A stretch of 64,000 bases of DNA from NCBI RefSeq assembly GCF_988243305.1, contig NZ_OZ547136.1. One strand, given 5' to 3'. Numbering within the stretch: the stretch's first letter is position 1; each line of letters opens with the position of its first letter. Below are positions 23,293 through 49,815 of this stretch, piece after piece. Below the pieces are notes generated by a model. That model was given only the letters and a program-made list of their open reading frames with translations, was not told the DNA's origin and did not search any database. A program made the translations under genes and the position numbers.

Positions 23293-24756
23293 ATGAAACC
23301 TTCCACTGAATGGTGGCGATACCTTGCGCCGCTGGCGGTCATCGCCATTATTGCTCTAATTCCGGTTCCCGCAGGGCTGGAGAGTCATACCTGGCTCTAC
23401 TTTGCCGTTTTTACTGGCGTGATCGTTGGACTGATCCTCGAACCCGTGCCGGGTGCCGTGGTGGCGATGGTGGGTATCTCCATTATCGCCATTCTCTCGC
23501 CGTGGCTGCTGTTTAGCCCGGAGCAGCTCGCCCAGCCAGGTTTTAAGTTCACCGCCAAATCCCTCTCCTGGGCGGTTTCTGGTTTTTCTAATTCGGTTAT
23601 CTGGCTGATTTTCGCCGCCTTTATGTTTGGCACAGGCTATGAAAAAACCGGGCTGGGGCGACGTATCGCGCTGATTCTGGTGAAAAAGATGGGGCATCGT
23701 ACGCTGTTTCTCGGCTATGCGGTGATGTTCTCCGAGCTGATCCTGGCACCTGTAACACCGTCCAACTCGGCGCGTGGTGCGGGGATTATCTATCCCATCA
23801 TCCGTAACCTGCCACCGCTCTATCAATCACAACCAAACGACAGCAGTTCACGCAGCATTGGCTCGTACATCATGTGGATGGGGATTGTTGCCGACTGCGT
23901 GACTAGCGCCATTTTCCTGACGGCGATGGCACCAAACTTGCTGTTAATAGGACTGATGAAAAGCGCATCTCACGCCACGCTGAGTTGGGGCGACTGGTTC
24001 CTCGGGATGTTGCCGCTCAGTATTTTACTGGTGCTGCTGGTTCCCTGGCTGGCTTACGTGCTGTACCCGCCGGTACTAAAGTCTGGCGATCAGGTGCCGC
24101 GCTGGGCAGAGACGGAACTGCAGGCAATGGGCCCGCTCTGTTCGCGTGAAAAACGGATGCTGGGGCTGATGGTAGGCGCGCTGGTGCTGTGGATTTTCGG
24201 CGGTGATTATATCGATGCCGCGATGGTCGGTTACAGCGTGGTGGCGCTGATGCTGCTTCTGCGCATTATCAGTTGGGACGACATTGTCAGTAATAAAGCG
24301 GCGTGGAACGTTTTCTTCTGGCTGGCCTCGCTTATCACCCTCGCTACCGGACTCAACAACACCGGTTTTATTAGCTGGTTTGGCAAACTGTTAGCAGGCA
24401 GCTTAAACGGTTATTCGCCAACGATGGTGATGGTGGCGTTGATTGTGGTCTTTTATCTGCTGCGCTACTTCTTTGCCAGCGCCACGGCGTATACCTCCGC
24501 TCTCGCGCCGATGATGATTGCCGCCGCGCTGGCGATGCCGGAAATCCCGCTTCCCGTGTTCTGCCTGATGGTTGGCGCGGCAATTGGTCTGGGGAGCATT
24601 CTTACGCCATACGCTACCGGACCCAGTCCGATTTACTACGGTAGTGGTTATCTGCCAACGGTGGATTACTGGCGATTGGGGGCAATTTTTGGGCTGATAT
24701 TCCTCGTGTTGCTGGTGATTACCGGCTTACTGTGGATGCCCGTGGTGTTGCTTTAA
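23293..24756 (+). CDS. ttdT: Tartrate/succinate antiporter, DASS/CitT family (487 aa)
   Basis: Polytopic membrane protein downstream of ttdAB. Confidence 0.85.
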   Translation: MKPSTEWWRYLAPLAVIAIIALIPVPAGLESHTWLYFAVFTGVIVGLILEPVPGAVVAMVGISIIAILSPWLLFSPEQLAQPGFKFTAKSLSWAVSGFSNSVIWLIFAAFMFGTGYEKTGLGRRIALILVKKMGHRTLFLGYAVMFSELILAPVTPSNSARGAGIIYPIIRNLPPLYQSQPNDSSSRSIGSYIMWMGIVADCVTSAIFLTAMAPNLLLIGLMKSASHATLSWGDWFLGMLPLSILLVLLVPWLAYVLYPPVLKSGDQVPRWAETELQAMGPLCSREKRMLGLMVGALVLWIFGGDYIDAAMVGYSVVALMLLLRIISWDDIVSNKAAWNVFFWLASLITLATGLNNTGFISWFGKLLAGSLNGYSPTMVMVALIVVFYLLRYFFASATAYTSALAPMMIAAALAMPEIPLPVFCLMVGAAIGLGSILTPYATGPSPIYYGSGYLPTVDYWRLGAIFGLIFLVLLVITGLLWMPVVLL

Positions 24757-24764
24757 GTGAGGAC

Positions 24765-24790
24765 GGTGCCGGAAGTGACTCTCCGGCACC
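24765..24790. terminator. 9-bp inverted repeat (GGTGCCGGA/TCCGGCACC) between convergent ttdT and tsaD; no clear T-run
   Basis: Read in sequence. Confidence 0.4.
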
Positions 24791-24798
24791 TAATAGTT

Positions 24799-25812
24799 TT
24801 ACGCGGCCGGTAACTCTGCCAGCGGCCAGCGCGGACGCACGCTAACGCCAAGATCCGCCGTCGCGCCTGCTTTAAACCGCACCATTCCGGCATAGGCGAT
24901 CATCGCGCCGTTATCAGTACAAAATTCCGGACGCGCGTAGAACACTTCGCCACGGCGTTTTTTCATCATTTCAGCCAGCTTCGCCCGTAACGTGCGGTTA
25001 GCACTCACGCCGCCTGCCATTACCAGTCGCTTAAAGCCCGTCTGATCCAGCGCTCGCTTACACTTAATCATCAACGTATCGACCACCGCATCTTCAAAGG
25101 CGCGGGCGATATCAGCACGCGTCTGGTCGTCGGTGCCGTTATCACGAATGGTATTTGCCGCGAAGGTTTTCAGACCAGAAAAGCTGAAATCCAGCCCCGG
25201 ACGGTCGGTCATCGGGCGCGGGAAGACAAAGCGCCCGGCAGTACCCTGAGCCGCCATTTTCGACAGTAATGGCCCGCCAGGATAATCCAGCCCCAGCAGC
25301 TTCGCGGTTTTATCAAACGCTTCACCAGCAGCATCATCGATAGACTCGCCAAGCAGCTCGTACTGACCAATGCCAGTCACGCTGATTAACTGCGTATGAC
25401 CGCCGGAAACCAGCAGCGCGACAAACGGAAATTCCGGAGGGTTATCTTCCAGCATCGGCGCTAACAGATGCCCTTCCATATGGTGTACCGGGATCGCCGG
25501 AACGTCCCAGGCAAACGCCAGAGAACGCCCCACGGTCGCGCCAACCAGCAGCGCGCCGACTAATCCAGGGCCTGCGGTATAGGCCACAGCATCAATGTCT
25601 TTTGCCGTTAAACCTGACTCCTTTAGCGCCGCCTGGATCAACGGTACGGTTTTACGCACGTGATCGCGGGAGGCCAGTTCAGGCACGACGCCGCCGTAGT
25701 CAGCGTGCAATTTCACCTGACTATACAATTGGTTGGCTAACAAACCTTTTTCATCGTCGTAAATGGCGATGCCGGTTTCATCGCAGGAAGTTTCAATACC
25801 CAGTACACGCAT
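24799..25812 (-). CDS. tsaD: tRNA N6-threonylcarbamoyladenosine synthase TsaD (337 aa)
   Basis: [20 protein letters not shown]... Kae1/TsaD family. Confidence 0.95.
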
Positions 25813-26010
25813 GACTTGTTTTACCTCGCTTTATTACCGCGCAGTGTAGGACCAATGCGGGTTGATGTAAAACTTTGTTCGCCCCTGGAGAAAGCCTCGT
25901 GTATACTCCTCACCCTTATAAAAGTCCCTTTCAAAAAAGGCCGCGGTGCTTTACAAAGCAGCAGCAATTGCAGTAAAATTCCGCACCATTTTGAAATAAG
26001 CTGGCGTTGA

Positions 26011-26265
<255 letters not shown>

Positions 26266-26375
26266 TTCCCCGAGAGCGTTGCTCTCCGATCAGACCGAGT
26301 TGTAGTTGTAAGGCCGTGCTTCCGAAAGGAATGCGCGGCTTATTTTCGTTTATGAATTGCTAAAAATCGGGGCCT

Positions 26376-28121
26376 ATGGCTGGACGAATCCCACGCGTAT
26401 TCATTAATGATCTGCTGGCACGCACTGACATCGTCGATCTGATCGATGCCCGTGTGAAGCTGAAAAAGCAGGGCAAGAATTTCCACGCGTGTTGTCCATT
26501 CCACAACGAGAAAACCCCGTCATTCACCGTTAACGGTGAGAAACAGTTTTACCACTGCTTTGGATGTGGCGCGCACGGCAACGCGATCGACTTCCTGATG
26601 AACTACGACAAGCTTGAGTTCGTCGAAACGGTCGAAGAGCTGGCGGCAATGCACAATCTTGAAGTGCCATTTGAAGCAGGTAGCGGCCCCAGCCAGATCG
26701 AGCGCCATCAACGGCAAACGCTTTATCAGTTGATGGACGGTCTGAATACGTTTTACCAACAATCTTTACAGCAACCTGTTGCCACGTCTGCGCGCCAGTA
26801 TCTGGAAAAACGCGGATTAAGCCACGAGGTTATCGCCCGCTTTGCGATTGGTTTTGCCCCCCCTGGCTGGGACAACGTCCTGAAGCGGTTTGGCGGCAAT
26901 CCAGAAAATCGCCAGTCATTGATTGATGCGGGCATGTTGGTCACTAACGATCAGGGGCGCAGTTACGACCGTTTCCGCGAGCGGGTGATGTTCCCCATTC
27001 GTGATAAACGCGGTCGGGTGATTGGTTTTGGCGGACGCGTGCTGGGCAACGATACCCCCAAATACCTGAACTCGCCGGAAACGGACATTTTCCATAAAGG
27101 CCGCCAGCTTTACGGTCTTTATGAAGCGCAGCAGGATAACGCTGAACCCAATCGTCTGCTTGTGGTCGAAGGCTATATGGACGTGGTGGCGCTGGCGCAA
27201 TACGGCATTAATTACGCCGTTGCGTCGTTAGGTACGTCAACCACCGCCGATCACATACAACTGTTGTTCCGCGCGACCAACAATGTCATTTGCTGTTATG
27301 ACGGCGACCGTGCAGGCCGCGATGCCGCCTGGCGAGCGCTGGAAACGGCGTTGCCTTACATGACAGACGGCCGTCAGCTACGCTTTATGTTTTTGCCGGA
27401 TGGCGAAGACCCTGACACGCTGGTACGAAAAGAAGGTAAAGAAGCGTTTGAAGCGCGGATGGAGCAGGCGATGCCACTCTCCGCATTTCTGTTTAACAGT
27501 CTGATGCCGCAAGTTGATCTGAGTACCCCTGACGGGCGCGCACGTTTGAGTACGCTGGCACTGCCATTGATATCGCAAGTGCCGGGCGAAACGCTGCGAA
27601 TATATCTTCGTCAGGAATTAGGCAACAAATTAGGCATACTTGATGACAGCCAGCTTGAACGATTAATGCCAAAAGCGGCAGAGAGCGGCGTTTCTCGCCC
27701 TGTTCCGCAGCTAAAACGCACGACCATGCGTATACTTATAGGGTTGCTGGTGCAAAATCCAGAATTAGCGACGTTGGTCCCGCCGCTTGAGAATCTGGAT
27801 GAAAATAAGCTCCCTGGACTTGGCTTATTCAGAGAACTGGTCAACACTTGTCTCTCCCAGCCAGGTCTGACCACCGGGCAACTTTTAGAGCACTATCGTG
27901 GTACAAATAATGCTGCCACCCTTGAAAAACTGTCGATGTGGGACGATATAGCAGATAAGAATATTGCTGAGCAAACCTTCACCGACTCACTCAACCATAT
28001 GTTTGATTCGCTGCTTGAACTGCGCCAGGAAGAGTTAATCGCTCGTGAGCGCACGCATGGTTTAAGCAACGAAGAACGCCTGGAGCTCTGGACATTAAAC
28101 CAGGAGCTGGCGAAAAAGTGA
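26376..28121 (+). CDS. dnaG: DNA primase (581 aa)
   Basis: Zinc-ribbon CHC2 motif (CCPFHNEKTPSFTV...HCFGCG), TOPRIM region. Confidence 0.97.
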   Translation: MAGRIPRVFINDLLARTDIVDLIDARVKLKKQGKNFHACCPFHNEKTPSFTVNGEKQFYHCFGCGAHGNAIDFLMNYDKLEFVETVEELAAMHNLEVPFEAGSGPSQIERHQRQTLYQLMDGLNTFYQQSLQQPVATSARQYLEKRGLSHEVIARFAIGFAPPGWDNVLKRFGGNPENRQSLIDAGMLVTNDQGRSYDRFRERVMFPIRDKRGRVIGFGGRVLGNDTPKYLNSPETDIFHKGRQLYGLYEAQQDNAEPNRLLVVEGYMDVVALAQYGINYAVASLGTSTTADHIQLLFRATNNVICCYDGDRAGRDAAWRALETALPYMTDGRQLRFMFLPDGEDPDTLVRKEGKEAFEARMEQAMPLSAFLFNSLMPQVDLSTPDGRARLSTLALPLISQVPGETLRIYLRQELGNKLGILDDSQLERLMPKAAESGVSRPVPQLKRTTMRILIGLLVQNPELATLVPPLENLDENKLPGLGLFRELVNTCLSQPGLTTGQLLEHYRGTNNAATLEKLSMWDDIADKNIAEQTFTDSLNHMFDSLLELRQEELIARERTHGLSNEERLELWTLNQELAKK

Positions 28122-28315
28122 TTTAACGGCTTAAGTGCCGAAGAGCGATCGGGAAGCCCCCGACAGCCGCACTGAGAGGCAGCGGCAAATATATAAGTAC
28201 GCCCTCGTAATTATCGTTGGCGGTAAACAACCGTTGGATTTCAGCGTTAACGGCTGAAGGACATCGGGTCAATCGCCCAACACCAACCTCATGAAATAAG
28301 TGTGGATACCGTCTT

Positions 28316-30157
28316 ATGGAGCAAAACCCGCAGTCACAGCTGAAACTTCTTGTCACCCGTGGTAAGGAGCAAGGCTATCTGACCTATGCCGAGGTCAATG
28401 ACCATCTGCCGGAAGATATCGTCGATTCAGATCAGATCGAAGACATCATCCAAATGATCAACGACATGGGCATTCAGGTGATGGAAGAAGCACCGGATGC
28501 CGATGATCTGATGCTGGCTGAAAACACCGCGGACGAAGATGCTGCCGAAGCCGCCGCGCAGGTGCTTTCCAGCGTGGAATCTGAAATCGGGCGCACGACT
28601 GACCCGGTACGCATGTACATGCGTGAAATGGGCACCGTTGAACTGTTGACCCGCGAAGGCGAAATTGACATCGCTAAGCGTATTGAAGACGGGATCAACC
28701 AGGTTCAATGCTCCGTTGCTGAATATCCGGAAGCGATCACCTATCTGCTGGAACAGTACGATCGTGTTGAAGCAGAAGAAGCGCGTCTGTCCGATCTGAT
28801 CACCGGCTTTGTTGACCCGAACGCAGAAGAAGATCTGGCACCTACCGCCACTCACGTCGGTTCTGAGCTTTCCCAGGAAGATCTGGACGATGACGAAGAT
28901 GAAGACGAAGAAGATGGCGATGACGACAGCGCCGATGATGACAACAGCATCGACCCGGAACTGGCTCGCGAAAAATTTGCGGAACTGCGCGCTCAGTACG
29001 TTGTAACGCGTGACACCATCAAAGCGAAAGGTCGCAGTCACGCTGCTGCTCAGGAAGAGATCCTGAAACTGTCTGAAGTATTCAAACAGTTCCGCCTGGT
29101 GCCGAAGCAGTTTGACTACCTGGTCAACAGCATGCGCGTCATGATGGACCGCGTTCGTACGCAAGAACGTCTGATCATGAGGCTCTGCGTTGAGCAGTGC
29201 AAAATGCCGAAGAAAAACTTCATTACCCTGTTTACCGGCAACGAAACCAGCGATACCTGGTTCAACGCGGCAATTGCAATGAACAAGCCGTGGTCGGAAA
29301 AACTGCACGATGTCTCTGAAGAAGTGCATCGCGCCCTGCAGAAACTGCAGCAGATTGAAGAAGAAACCGGCCTGACCATCGAGCAGGTTAAAGATATCAA
29401 CCGTCGTATGTCCATCGGTGAAGCGAAAGCCCGCCGTGCGAAGAAAGAGATGGTTGAAGCGAACTTACGTCTGGTTATTTCTATCGCCAAGAAATACACC
29501 AACCGTGGCTTGCAGTTCCTTGACCTGATTCAGGAAGGTAACATCGGCCTGATGAAAGCGGTTGATAAATTCGAATACCGCCGTGGTTACAAGTTCTCCA
29601 CCTACGCAACCTGGTGGATCCGTCAGGCGATCACCCGTTCTATCGCGGATCAGGCGCGCACCATCCGTATTCCGGTGCATATGATTGAGACTATCAACAA
29701 ACTCAACCGTATTTCTCGCCAGATGCTGCAAGAGATGGGCCGTGAACCGACGCCGGAAGAACTGGCTGAACGTATGCTTATGCCGGAAGATAAGATCCGC
29801 AAAGTGCTGAAGATCGCCAAAGAGCCAATCTCCATGGAAACGCCGATCGGTGATGATGAAGATTCGCATCTGGGGGATTTCATCGAGGATACCACCCTCG
29901 AGCTGCCGCTGGATTCTGCGACCACCGAAAGCCTGCGTGCGGCAACGCACGACGTGCTGGCTGGCCTGACCGCGCGTGAAGCGAAAGTTCTGCGTATGCG
30001 CTTCGGTATCGATATGAACACCGACCACACGCTGGAAGAAGTGGGTAAACAGTTCGACGTTACCCGCGAACGTATCCGTCAGATCGAAGCGAAGGCGCTG
30101 CGCAAACTGCGTCACCCGAGCCGTTCTGAAGTGCTGCGTAGCTTCCTGGACGATTAA
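28316..30157 (+). CDS. rpoD: RNA polymerase sigma-70 (613 aa)
   Basis: Acidic region ([14 protein letters not shown]), conserved regions 2-4. Confidence 0.98.
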   Translation: MEQNPQSQLKLLVTRGKEQGYLTYAEVNDHLPEDIVDSDQIEDIIQMINDMGIQVMEEAPDADDLMLAENTADEDAAEAAAQVLSSVESEIGRTTDPVRMYMREMGTVELLTREGEIDIAKRIEDGINQVQCSVAEYPEAITYLLEQYDRVEAEEARLSDLITGFVDPNAEEDLAPTATHVGSELSQEDLDDDEDEDEEDGDDDSADDDNSIDPELAREKFAELRAQYVVTRDTIKAKGRSHAAAQEEILKLSEVFKQFRLVPKQFDYLVNSMRVMMDRVRTQERLIMRLCVEQCKMPKKNFITLFTGNETSDTWFNAAIAMNKPWSEKLHDVSEEVHRALQKLQQIEEETGLTIEQVKDINRRMSIGEAKARRAKKEMVEANLRLVISIAKKYTNRGLQFLDLIQEGNIGLMKAVDKFEYRRGYKFSTYATWWIRQAITRSIADQARTIRIPVHMIETINKLNRISRQMLQEMGREPTPEELAERMLMPEDKIRKVLKIAKEPISMETPIGDDEDSHLGDFIEDTTLELPLDSATTESLRAATHDVLAGLTAREAKVLRMRFGIDMNTDHTLEEVGKQFDVTRERIRQIEAKALRKLRHPSRSEVLRSFLDD

Positions 30158-30201
30158 TCGGTAGAGGCGTTACGCCGCACCCGGCACTAGTCCCTCTGCA
30201 C

Positions 30202-30229
30202 AAACGCCACCTTTTCGGTGGCGTTTTTT
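30202..30229. terminator. Rho-independent terminator hairpin (AAACGCCACC-TTTTC-GGTGGCGTTT + T-run) shared by convergent rpoD and mug
   Basis: Read in sequence; overlaps mug stop codon. Confidence 0.75.
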
Positions 30230-30734
30230 ATCGCCCACGCACTACCAGCGCCTGGTCCAGCTCGCGATACGCTTCAACCAGTTTATCCAGTGAAACGCGA
30301 CTTAAACCGCTGGGATTTGGCAGCACCCAAATCTGCGTCGAACCAATGGTGAGCGTTTGTTTCCCCCACTGTGCACCGCGCTGGCTGAATCCCTGTTCAT
30401 ATGCTTGTTTGCCCAGAATCGCCAACGCCTGCGGCTGATAATCTTCAATTTTTTCAATCAGCTTACGCCCGCCTGCGTGTAGTTCTTGCTTTGAAACTTC
30501 ATTGGCTTGCACCGTTGGACGATCTACCAGTTTGGTGACACCACAACGATAATCCAGCAGATACTGCGCCTCTTGCGGCTTCAACTGACGGTCGGTAAAC
30601 CCGGCCTGATATATCACCTTCCAGAAGCGATTTGCCGGATGAGCAAAGGGAAAACCAGTCCCGGCGGATGAAAGCCCAGGGTTGATACCGCAAAACACGA
30701 CCCGTAACCCTGGAGCCAAAATATCCTCAACCAT
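30228..30734 (-). CDS. mug: G/U mismatch-specific DNA glycosylase (168 aa)
   Basis: [20 protein letters not shown]... matches Mug. Confidence 0.95.
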   Translation of the reverse strand: MVEDILAPGLRVVFCGINPGLSSAGTGFPFAHPANRFWKVIYQAGFTDRQLKPQEAQYLLDYRCGVTKLVDRPTVQANEVSKQELHAGGRKLIEKIEDYQPQALAILGKQAYEQGFSQRGAQWGKQTLTIGSTQIWVLPNPSGLSRVSLDKLVEAYRELDQALVVRGR

Positions 30735-30858
30735 ATTTACTCCTTTCTAACATCACCAGGAAAAGTATAACGGATTGAAAATACATTGTTTATAAAAACA
30801 GCAGGCGCGCGGTAATGGCTGGATTGCGACACGGAGTTACTTTATAATCCGCTACCAT

Positions 30859-30934
30859 GGCCCCTTAGCTCAGTGGTTAGAGCAGGCGACTCATAATCGC
30901 TTGGTCGCTGGTTCAAGTCCAGCAGGGGCCACCA
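30859..30934 (+). tRNA. ileX: tRNA-Ile2 (anticodon CAU, lysidine-modified), 76 nt including CCA
   Basis: Cloverleaf sequence GGCCCCTTAGCTCAGTGGTTAGAGCAGGCGACTCATAATCGCTTGGTCGCTGGTTCAAGTCCAGCAGGGGCCACCA; anticodon loop CU-CAU-AA; position between mug and yqjH. Confidence 0.93.
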
Positions 30935-30942
30935 GACATAGC

Positions 30943-30978
30943 AAAGGCTGACGAGAAATCGTCAGCCTTTTTCTTTTT
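30943..30978 (+). terminator. Rho-independent terminator after ileX (AAAGGCTGACG / CGTCAGCCTTT + T-run)
   Basis: Read in sequence. Confidence 0.8.
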
Positions 30979-30987
30979 ATATATCAG

Positions 30988-31752
30988 TTACTTTGCGTGC
31001 CAGTAAGCCGCTGCACGTACCCGCTGTGGATCATACTGTTCCGCTTCAAAGCGGCGGCTTAAATTCTTAACGACTTTGCCTTCGCCGGTTATCCAGATGA
31101 AGTAATCATCGGCAGGGATTTGCATCTGCGCCAGACGCGCATCTACTGCCTGCTCATCATGTGCCAGCCATTCGATATTAAAACCATCAAGGTGCGCGAG
31201 ATAATCCTGGCAGGCGTGATCCCGCACGCTAACCAGTGCGCTAACTTGCGGTTTAACAGCAAGTTTGCTCAACGTTTCCAGGCGGCGGCGCAGTGCGGGC
31301 ATTCCGGATTCATCGCAGACATACAGCTGATACGCGTAATCCTCTGGCACCACCAGCGAACCGCGCGGACCTGCCACCGTGAGTTTATCGCCCGGTTGCG
31401 CCTGCATTGCCCAGCTGCTGGCGACGCCACCTTCGTGAATAAAGAAATCAATCGCCAGTTCATGGCGTAGTTCGTCATACAGCGGCGTATAGTCACGCGA
31501 CGGTGGGCGTGGTCCTTCCGGCCAGACGATACCCTCTTCCGTTACCGTTGGCGGCACAAAGTGAGCATCAGATTGAGGAAAGAAGAGTTTGCTGTGATCG
31601 TCAAAGCCGCGCGATGTAAAACCGTCCAGCGCCTCGCCGCCAAGGACAATGCGCTGAAAACCGGCGCTAATACGCTCAACGCGTAGCACAGTCAGTTCAC
31701 GGAAGCGCAGATCATTGCGAACGCGCTGCGGGTAGCGGGGGGAGTTATTCAT
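30988..31752 (-). CDS. yqjH: NADPH-dependent ferric-siderophore reductase (254 aa)
   Basis: Siderophore-interacting FAD-binding protein family; Fur-box-like site in promoter. Confidence 0.85.
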   Translation of the reverse strand: MNNSPRYPQRVRNDLRFRELTVLRVERISAGFQRIVLGGEALDGFTSRGFDDHSKLFFPQSDAHFVPPTVTEEGIVWPEGPRPPSRDYTPLYDELRHELAIDFFIHEGGVASSWAMQAQPGDKLTVAGPRGSLVVPEDYAYQLYVCDESGMPALRRRLETLSKLAVKPQVSALVSVRDHACQDYLAHLDGFNIEWLAHDEQAVDARLAQMQIPADDYFIWITGEGKVVKNLSRRFEAEQYDPQRVRAAAYWHAK

Positions 31753-31804
31753 TGTTATCGCCTTCGTGATAGTAATCAGATATATCTAAATAAATTTCGT
31801 AAAT

Positions 31805-31823
31805 GATAATGATTGTTAATCAT
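31805..31823. promoter_or_regulatory. Candidate Fur box (GATAATGATTGTTAATCAT) in the yqjH promoter
   Basis: Close match to the GATAATGATAATCATTATC consensus; yqjH is known to be Fur-regulated. Confidence 0.6.
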
Positions 31824-31895
31824 GATAAATGCAAGCGATTTGTAGAACTGATATATCTGAGGTATGAGAAGACATTCAACGTCGTAGAAAGGCTA

Positions 31896-31929
31896 GCGGA
31901 TGCGGCGTGAACGCCTTATCCGGCCTACG
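31896..31929. repeat. REP palindromic unit inside the yqjH-yqjI divergent regulatory region
   Basis: GCGGATGCGGCGTGAACGCCTTATCCGGCCTACG. Confidence 0.8.
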
Positions 31930-32028
31930 TGTGAGATGAGTCCACGTTTAAAAATCATTTTTGTACTTGCAGTAATGCTCATATCAGATATAAATTAGAT
32001 ATATCTAATTAAGCAAAAGGAGGCTGAT

Positions 32029-32652
32029 ATGAGCCATCATCACGAAGGGTGTTGTAAACATGAAGGCCAGCCACGCCATGAAGGCTGCTGCAAAGGTGAG
32101 AAGTCAGAACATGAGCACTGCGGACACGGTCACCAGCATGAACACGGTCAATGCTGCAGTGGTCGCCACGGTCGCGGCGGCGGTCGTCGGCAACGTTTCT
32201 TTGGTCACGGTGAATTACGTCTGGTGATTCTGGATATTCTCTCGCGCGATGACAGCCACGGTTACGAGTTGATTAAAGCGATTGAGAATCTAACCCAGGG
32301 GAATTACACCCCAAGCCCGGGCGTCATCTACCCGACGCTGGATTTTCTCCAGGAGCAGTCGCTGATTACCATCCGCGAAGAGGAAGGTGGTAAGAAGCAG
32401 ATTGCGCTGACCGAACAGGGCGCGCAGTGGCTGGAAGAAAACCGCGAACAGGTGGAGATGATCGAAGAACGCATCAAAGCGCGTTGCGTTGGTGCTGCAC
32501 TCCGCCAGAACCCGCAAATGAAGCGGGCACTGGATAATTTTAAAGCGGTGCTGGATTTACGCGTCAACCAGAGCGATATCACTGATGCGCAGATAAAAAA
32601 GATCATTGCGGTGATCGACCGCGCCGCTTTTGATATTACGCAACTGGATTAA
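32029..32652 (+). CDS. yqjI: PadR-family metal-responsive repressor with His/Cys-rich N-terminus (207 aa)
   Basis: N-terminal HHHEGCCKHEG... metal-binding tract followed by PadR-type winged helix. Confidence 0.85.
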   Translation: MSHHHEGCCKHEGQPRHEGCCKGEKSEHEHCGHGHQHEHGQCCSGRHGRGGGRRQRFFGHGELRLVILDILSRDDSHGYELIKAIENLTQGNYTPSPGVIYPTLDFLQEQSLITIREEEGGKKQIALTEQGAQWLEENREQVEMIEERIKARCVGAALRQNPQMKRALDNFKAVLDLRVNQSDITDAQIKKIIAVIDRAAFDITQLD

Positions 32653-32660
32653 TCACCGAT

Positions 32661-32750
32661 TGCCGGATGTGGCGTGCCCTACCCCCCCGTAGGCCTGATA
32701 AGATGCGCCAGCATCGCATCAGGCATTGTGCGCCAACCGCCGGATGCGGC
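32661..32750. repeat. REP/BIME cluster between yqjI and aer
   Basis: Multiple GCCGGATG...GGCCTGATAAG-type palindromic units. Confidence 0.8.
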
Positions 32751-32757
32751 ATATCGA

Positions 32758-34278
32758 TTAATGCAGCACCGTCACCGCGTCTTCCAGTCGGCTGGCGCGG
32801 TGTTTCACCATCGCCGACACCTGCGCACTCTCTTCCACCAGCTCGGCATTTTTCTGGGTGATGAGGTTAAGCTCATCCACTGCACGGGTCAGGCTGGAAA
32901 GCCCATCGGCCTGTTCCAGCGTTGAATGGCTAATCTGGGCGATCAACTGGGTGACGTTTTTCACCTGTGCCACAATATCTTCCATCGTCCGTCCGGCTGC
33001 GTGTACCTGCTGCGAACCGGATTGCACCTTATCAGCACTGGCATCAATCAGCTTGCGAATATCGTTGGCAGCATTGGCGCTGCGGCTGGCTAAATGACGC
33101 ACTTCCCCTGCCACCACTGCAAAACCTTTGCCTTGTTCGCCGGCTCGTGCCGCTTCCACCGCCGCATTCAGGGCCAGAATATTGGTCTGAAACGCAATAT
33201 CGTTAATCAGCGAAGTAATGGTGCCAATGCGCTGGGTACTGTCGGCGATATCGTCCATTGTCTTGATCACCGTGGTCATCGCCTCCCCGCCCTGCACTGC
33301 CGCATTACTGGCAGTGATAGAAAGTTTATCGGCAGCCGACGCCGTGGCAGAGTTCTGTTTCACCGACGCCGCCATTTGGTTCATGGTCGCCACCGTTTGC
33401 TGAACGTTATCAACTGTCTGCTGGGTATGTTCGTTCAGTTCATCGGTGCCTTTCGCCAGCGTCTCACTGCCATTTCTGACACTGGACACCTGGCTTGAGA
33501 CATCGTTAATTAGCCAACGGCACATCAGGCCAAGCTGCCCTACCGCGCGTAATGTCAGCCCCAGCTCATCGCTGCGATTCAGATGCTCAACACTATTACG
33601 CTCTCCGGTCGCCACCTTCAGTGCCTGACGGGCGACATTTTCTATCGGGCGGACAATCTGCCATTCAAAACAGGCGCTTGCCAACAATACCACTAACGCA
33701 CAGAGGATATACGTCACCACCGGGGCAGCAACAAACCAAAGCATGACCGCCAGCAAGATAAACATCAGGGTCATCACGCCACGCGCCCGCCAGCGAAGCG
33801 GTAATGAAGGCAGTTTACCCAGCCAGCCTTTACGCACCACCAGGCCTTTATGAATACGTTTACTGGTACGTCCGGCGTTCAACGCTTTGTACAGCGGCTC
33901 CACCGCCGCGATCTCTTTATCCGTCGCCCGGGTACGAATCGACATATAGCCACTGATTTTTCCCTCGCGCACCATCGGTACCGCATTGGCCCGCACCCAA
34001 TAATGGTCGCCATTTTTGCGGCGATTTTTCACGATGCCGCTCCATGGCTCCCCTTTTTTCAGGGTGAACCACATATCTGCAAACGCCGCTTTTGGCATAT
34101 CCGGGTGACGCACCATGTTGTGCGGCTGCCCTTGTAACTCTTGCAAGGTATAGCCGCTCACCTGCACAAAAGTGTCATTAGCATGAGTGATATAGCTTTG
34201 CAGATCGGTAGTGGACATCAGAGTGGTATCGTCCGCCAGCGGGGTATTTTGCTGGGTGACATACGGATGAGAAGACAT
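32758..34278 (-). CDS. aer: Aerotaxis receptor, PAS-FAD sensor plus MCP signalling domain (506 aa)
   Basis: N-terminal PAS, membrane hairpin, HAMP and methyl-accepting signalling domain. Confidence 0.95.
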   Translation of the reverse strand: MSSHPYVTQQNTPLADDTTLMSTTDLQSYITHANDTFVQVSGYTLQELQGQPHNMVRHPDMPKAAFADMWFTLKKGEPWSGIVKNRRKNGDHYWVRANAVPMVREGKISGYMSIRTRATDKEIAAVEPLYKALNAGRTSKRIHKGLVVRKGWLGKLPSLPLRWRARGVMTLMFILLAVMLWFVAAPVVTYILCALVVLLASACFEWQIVRPIENVARQALKVATGERNSVEHLNRSDELGLTLRAVGQLGLMCRWLINDVSSQVSSVRNGSETLAKGTDELNEHTQQTVDNVQQTVATMNQMAASVKQNSATASAADKLSITASNAAVQGGEAMTTVIKTMDDIADSTQRIGTITSLINDIAFQTNILALNAAVEAARAGEQGKGFAVVAGEVRHLASRSANAANDIRKLIDASADKVQSGSQQVHAAGRTMEDIVAQVKNVTQLIAQISHSTLEQADGLSSLTRAVDELNLITQKNAELVEESAQVSAMVKHRASRLEDAVTVLH

Positions 34279-34560
34279 GTTCGCGTCCTGTGCAGGTTAT
34301 ATGGTTGTTAACTTCTTGTCAGAGTTTATGTCGGCCCCGCTGCGGTTATCTTTAACTGATTAATTTGATTTAGATCGCAATTTGCGATTAAAGCATAAAT
34401 CTAATCCCTTGATTTAAAATACTTTCACTCTGTTACTATACGAAAACGTTAATTATCTTGCCCAAAAATCAGGCAGTTGTTGCCCTGAAAGTGTGCATTT
34501 GCGCAGCAATCGCCAAATCCATACCCGACAAAAACCGTGCAAAATAACAACAGATGTTAA

Positions 34561-49189
<14,629 letters not shown>

Positions 49190-49293
49190 ATCAGCATACT
49201 TGTCCTTAGCCTTCTGCAGTGACAGCTGGTAGTACAGCGTGCTTCTGGCCAGCCCTGCAGCCTTTAACAGGTCAGACTGGCAGTGTCCGCATC

Positions 49294-49815
49294 TCAGGCT
49301 CCGGATGACTTTCGTTTTTTCTCCAGCTCCTGGCGCTTTTTTTCCAGGAGATGCTCCTGCATGGCTTTCAGATATGCATTTTCTGCGCGAAGATAACGCA
49401 GCTCATTCTTCATCTCTTCCGGCGTCATGTTTGCCTCGTTTTCATGGGTATCATCAGAACGGGTCATGCTTTTCTCCTTCCTGCGCCTGATAAAGGCCTC
49501 ATCACCAGATTTGCGGTAGCCTTTTATCCAGTTTTTAACCGTGTTGTGGCTGGGAATGTTAAACCGGGCAGCTACCCGGGGTAGAGACTCAGAATGCCCG
49601 AGAGCATAAAGAACCACGCAAAGTTTATCTTCAGGAGAATAGCTACGCCTGTGTCTGCAATCCAGTGCCCGAGGACCGTGAAGAAGAAAAAGATTAATCC
49701 AGTGTGAGAGGCTGGTGTGAGAAAGTTGAAAGAGTTTTGCCGTAGAAATGATGCCAGCATGACCGGCCAGGTAATGATTTACAGCGGCAAGTTTTACTTC
49801 AAATGAATGTTTCAT
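49294..49815 (-). CDS. IS3-family transposase OrfA (HTH), 173 aa
   Basis: MKHSFEVKLAAVNHYL... with C-terminal leucine-zipper-like region; A-rich runs near the 3' end are candidate -1 frameshift sites. Confidence 0.85.
   Translation of the reverse strand: MKHSFEVKLAAVNHYLAGHAGIISTAKLFQLSHTSLSHWINLFLLHGPRALDCRHRRSYSPEDKLCVVLYALGHSESLPRVAARFNIPSHNTVKNWIKGYRKSGDEAFIRRRKEKSMTRSDDTHENEANMTPEEMKNELRYLRAENAYLKAMQEHLLEKKRQELEKKRKSSGA

Noticed and set aside
28427-29329. 300-aa minus-strand ORF
   Set aside because: Lies entirely antisense within rpoD, whose identity is certain; composition is typical of antisense artefacts in GC-biased coding DNA.
30859-31000. Possible genomic island integrated at tRNA-Ile (ileX)
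   Set aside because: No integrase, direct repeat of the tRNA 3' end, or foreign genes follow the tRNA; yqjH begins immediately after the terminator.
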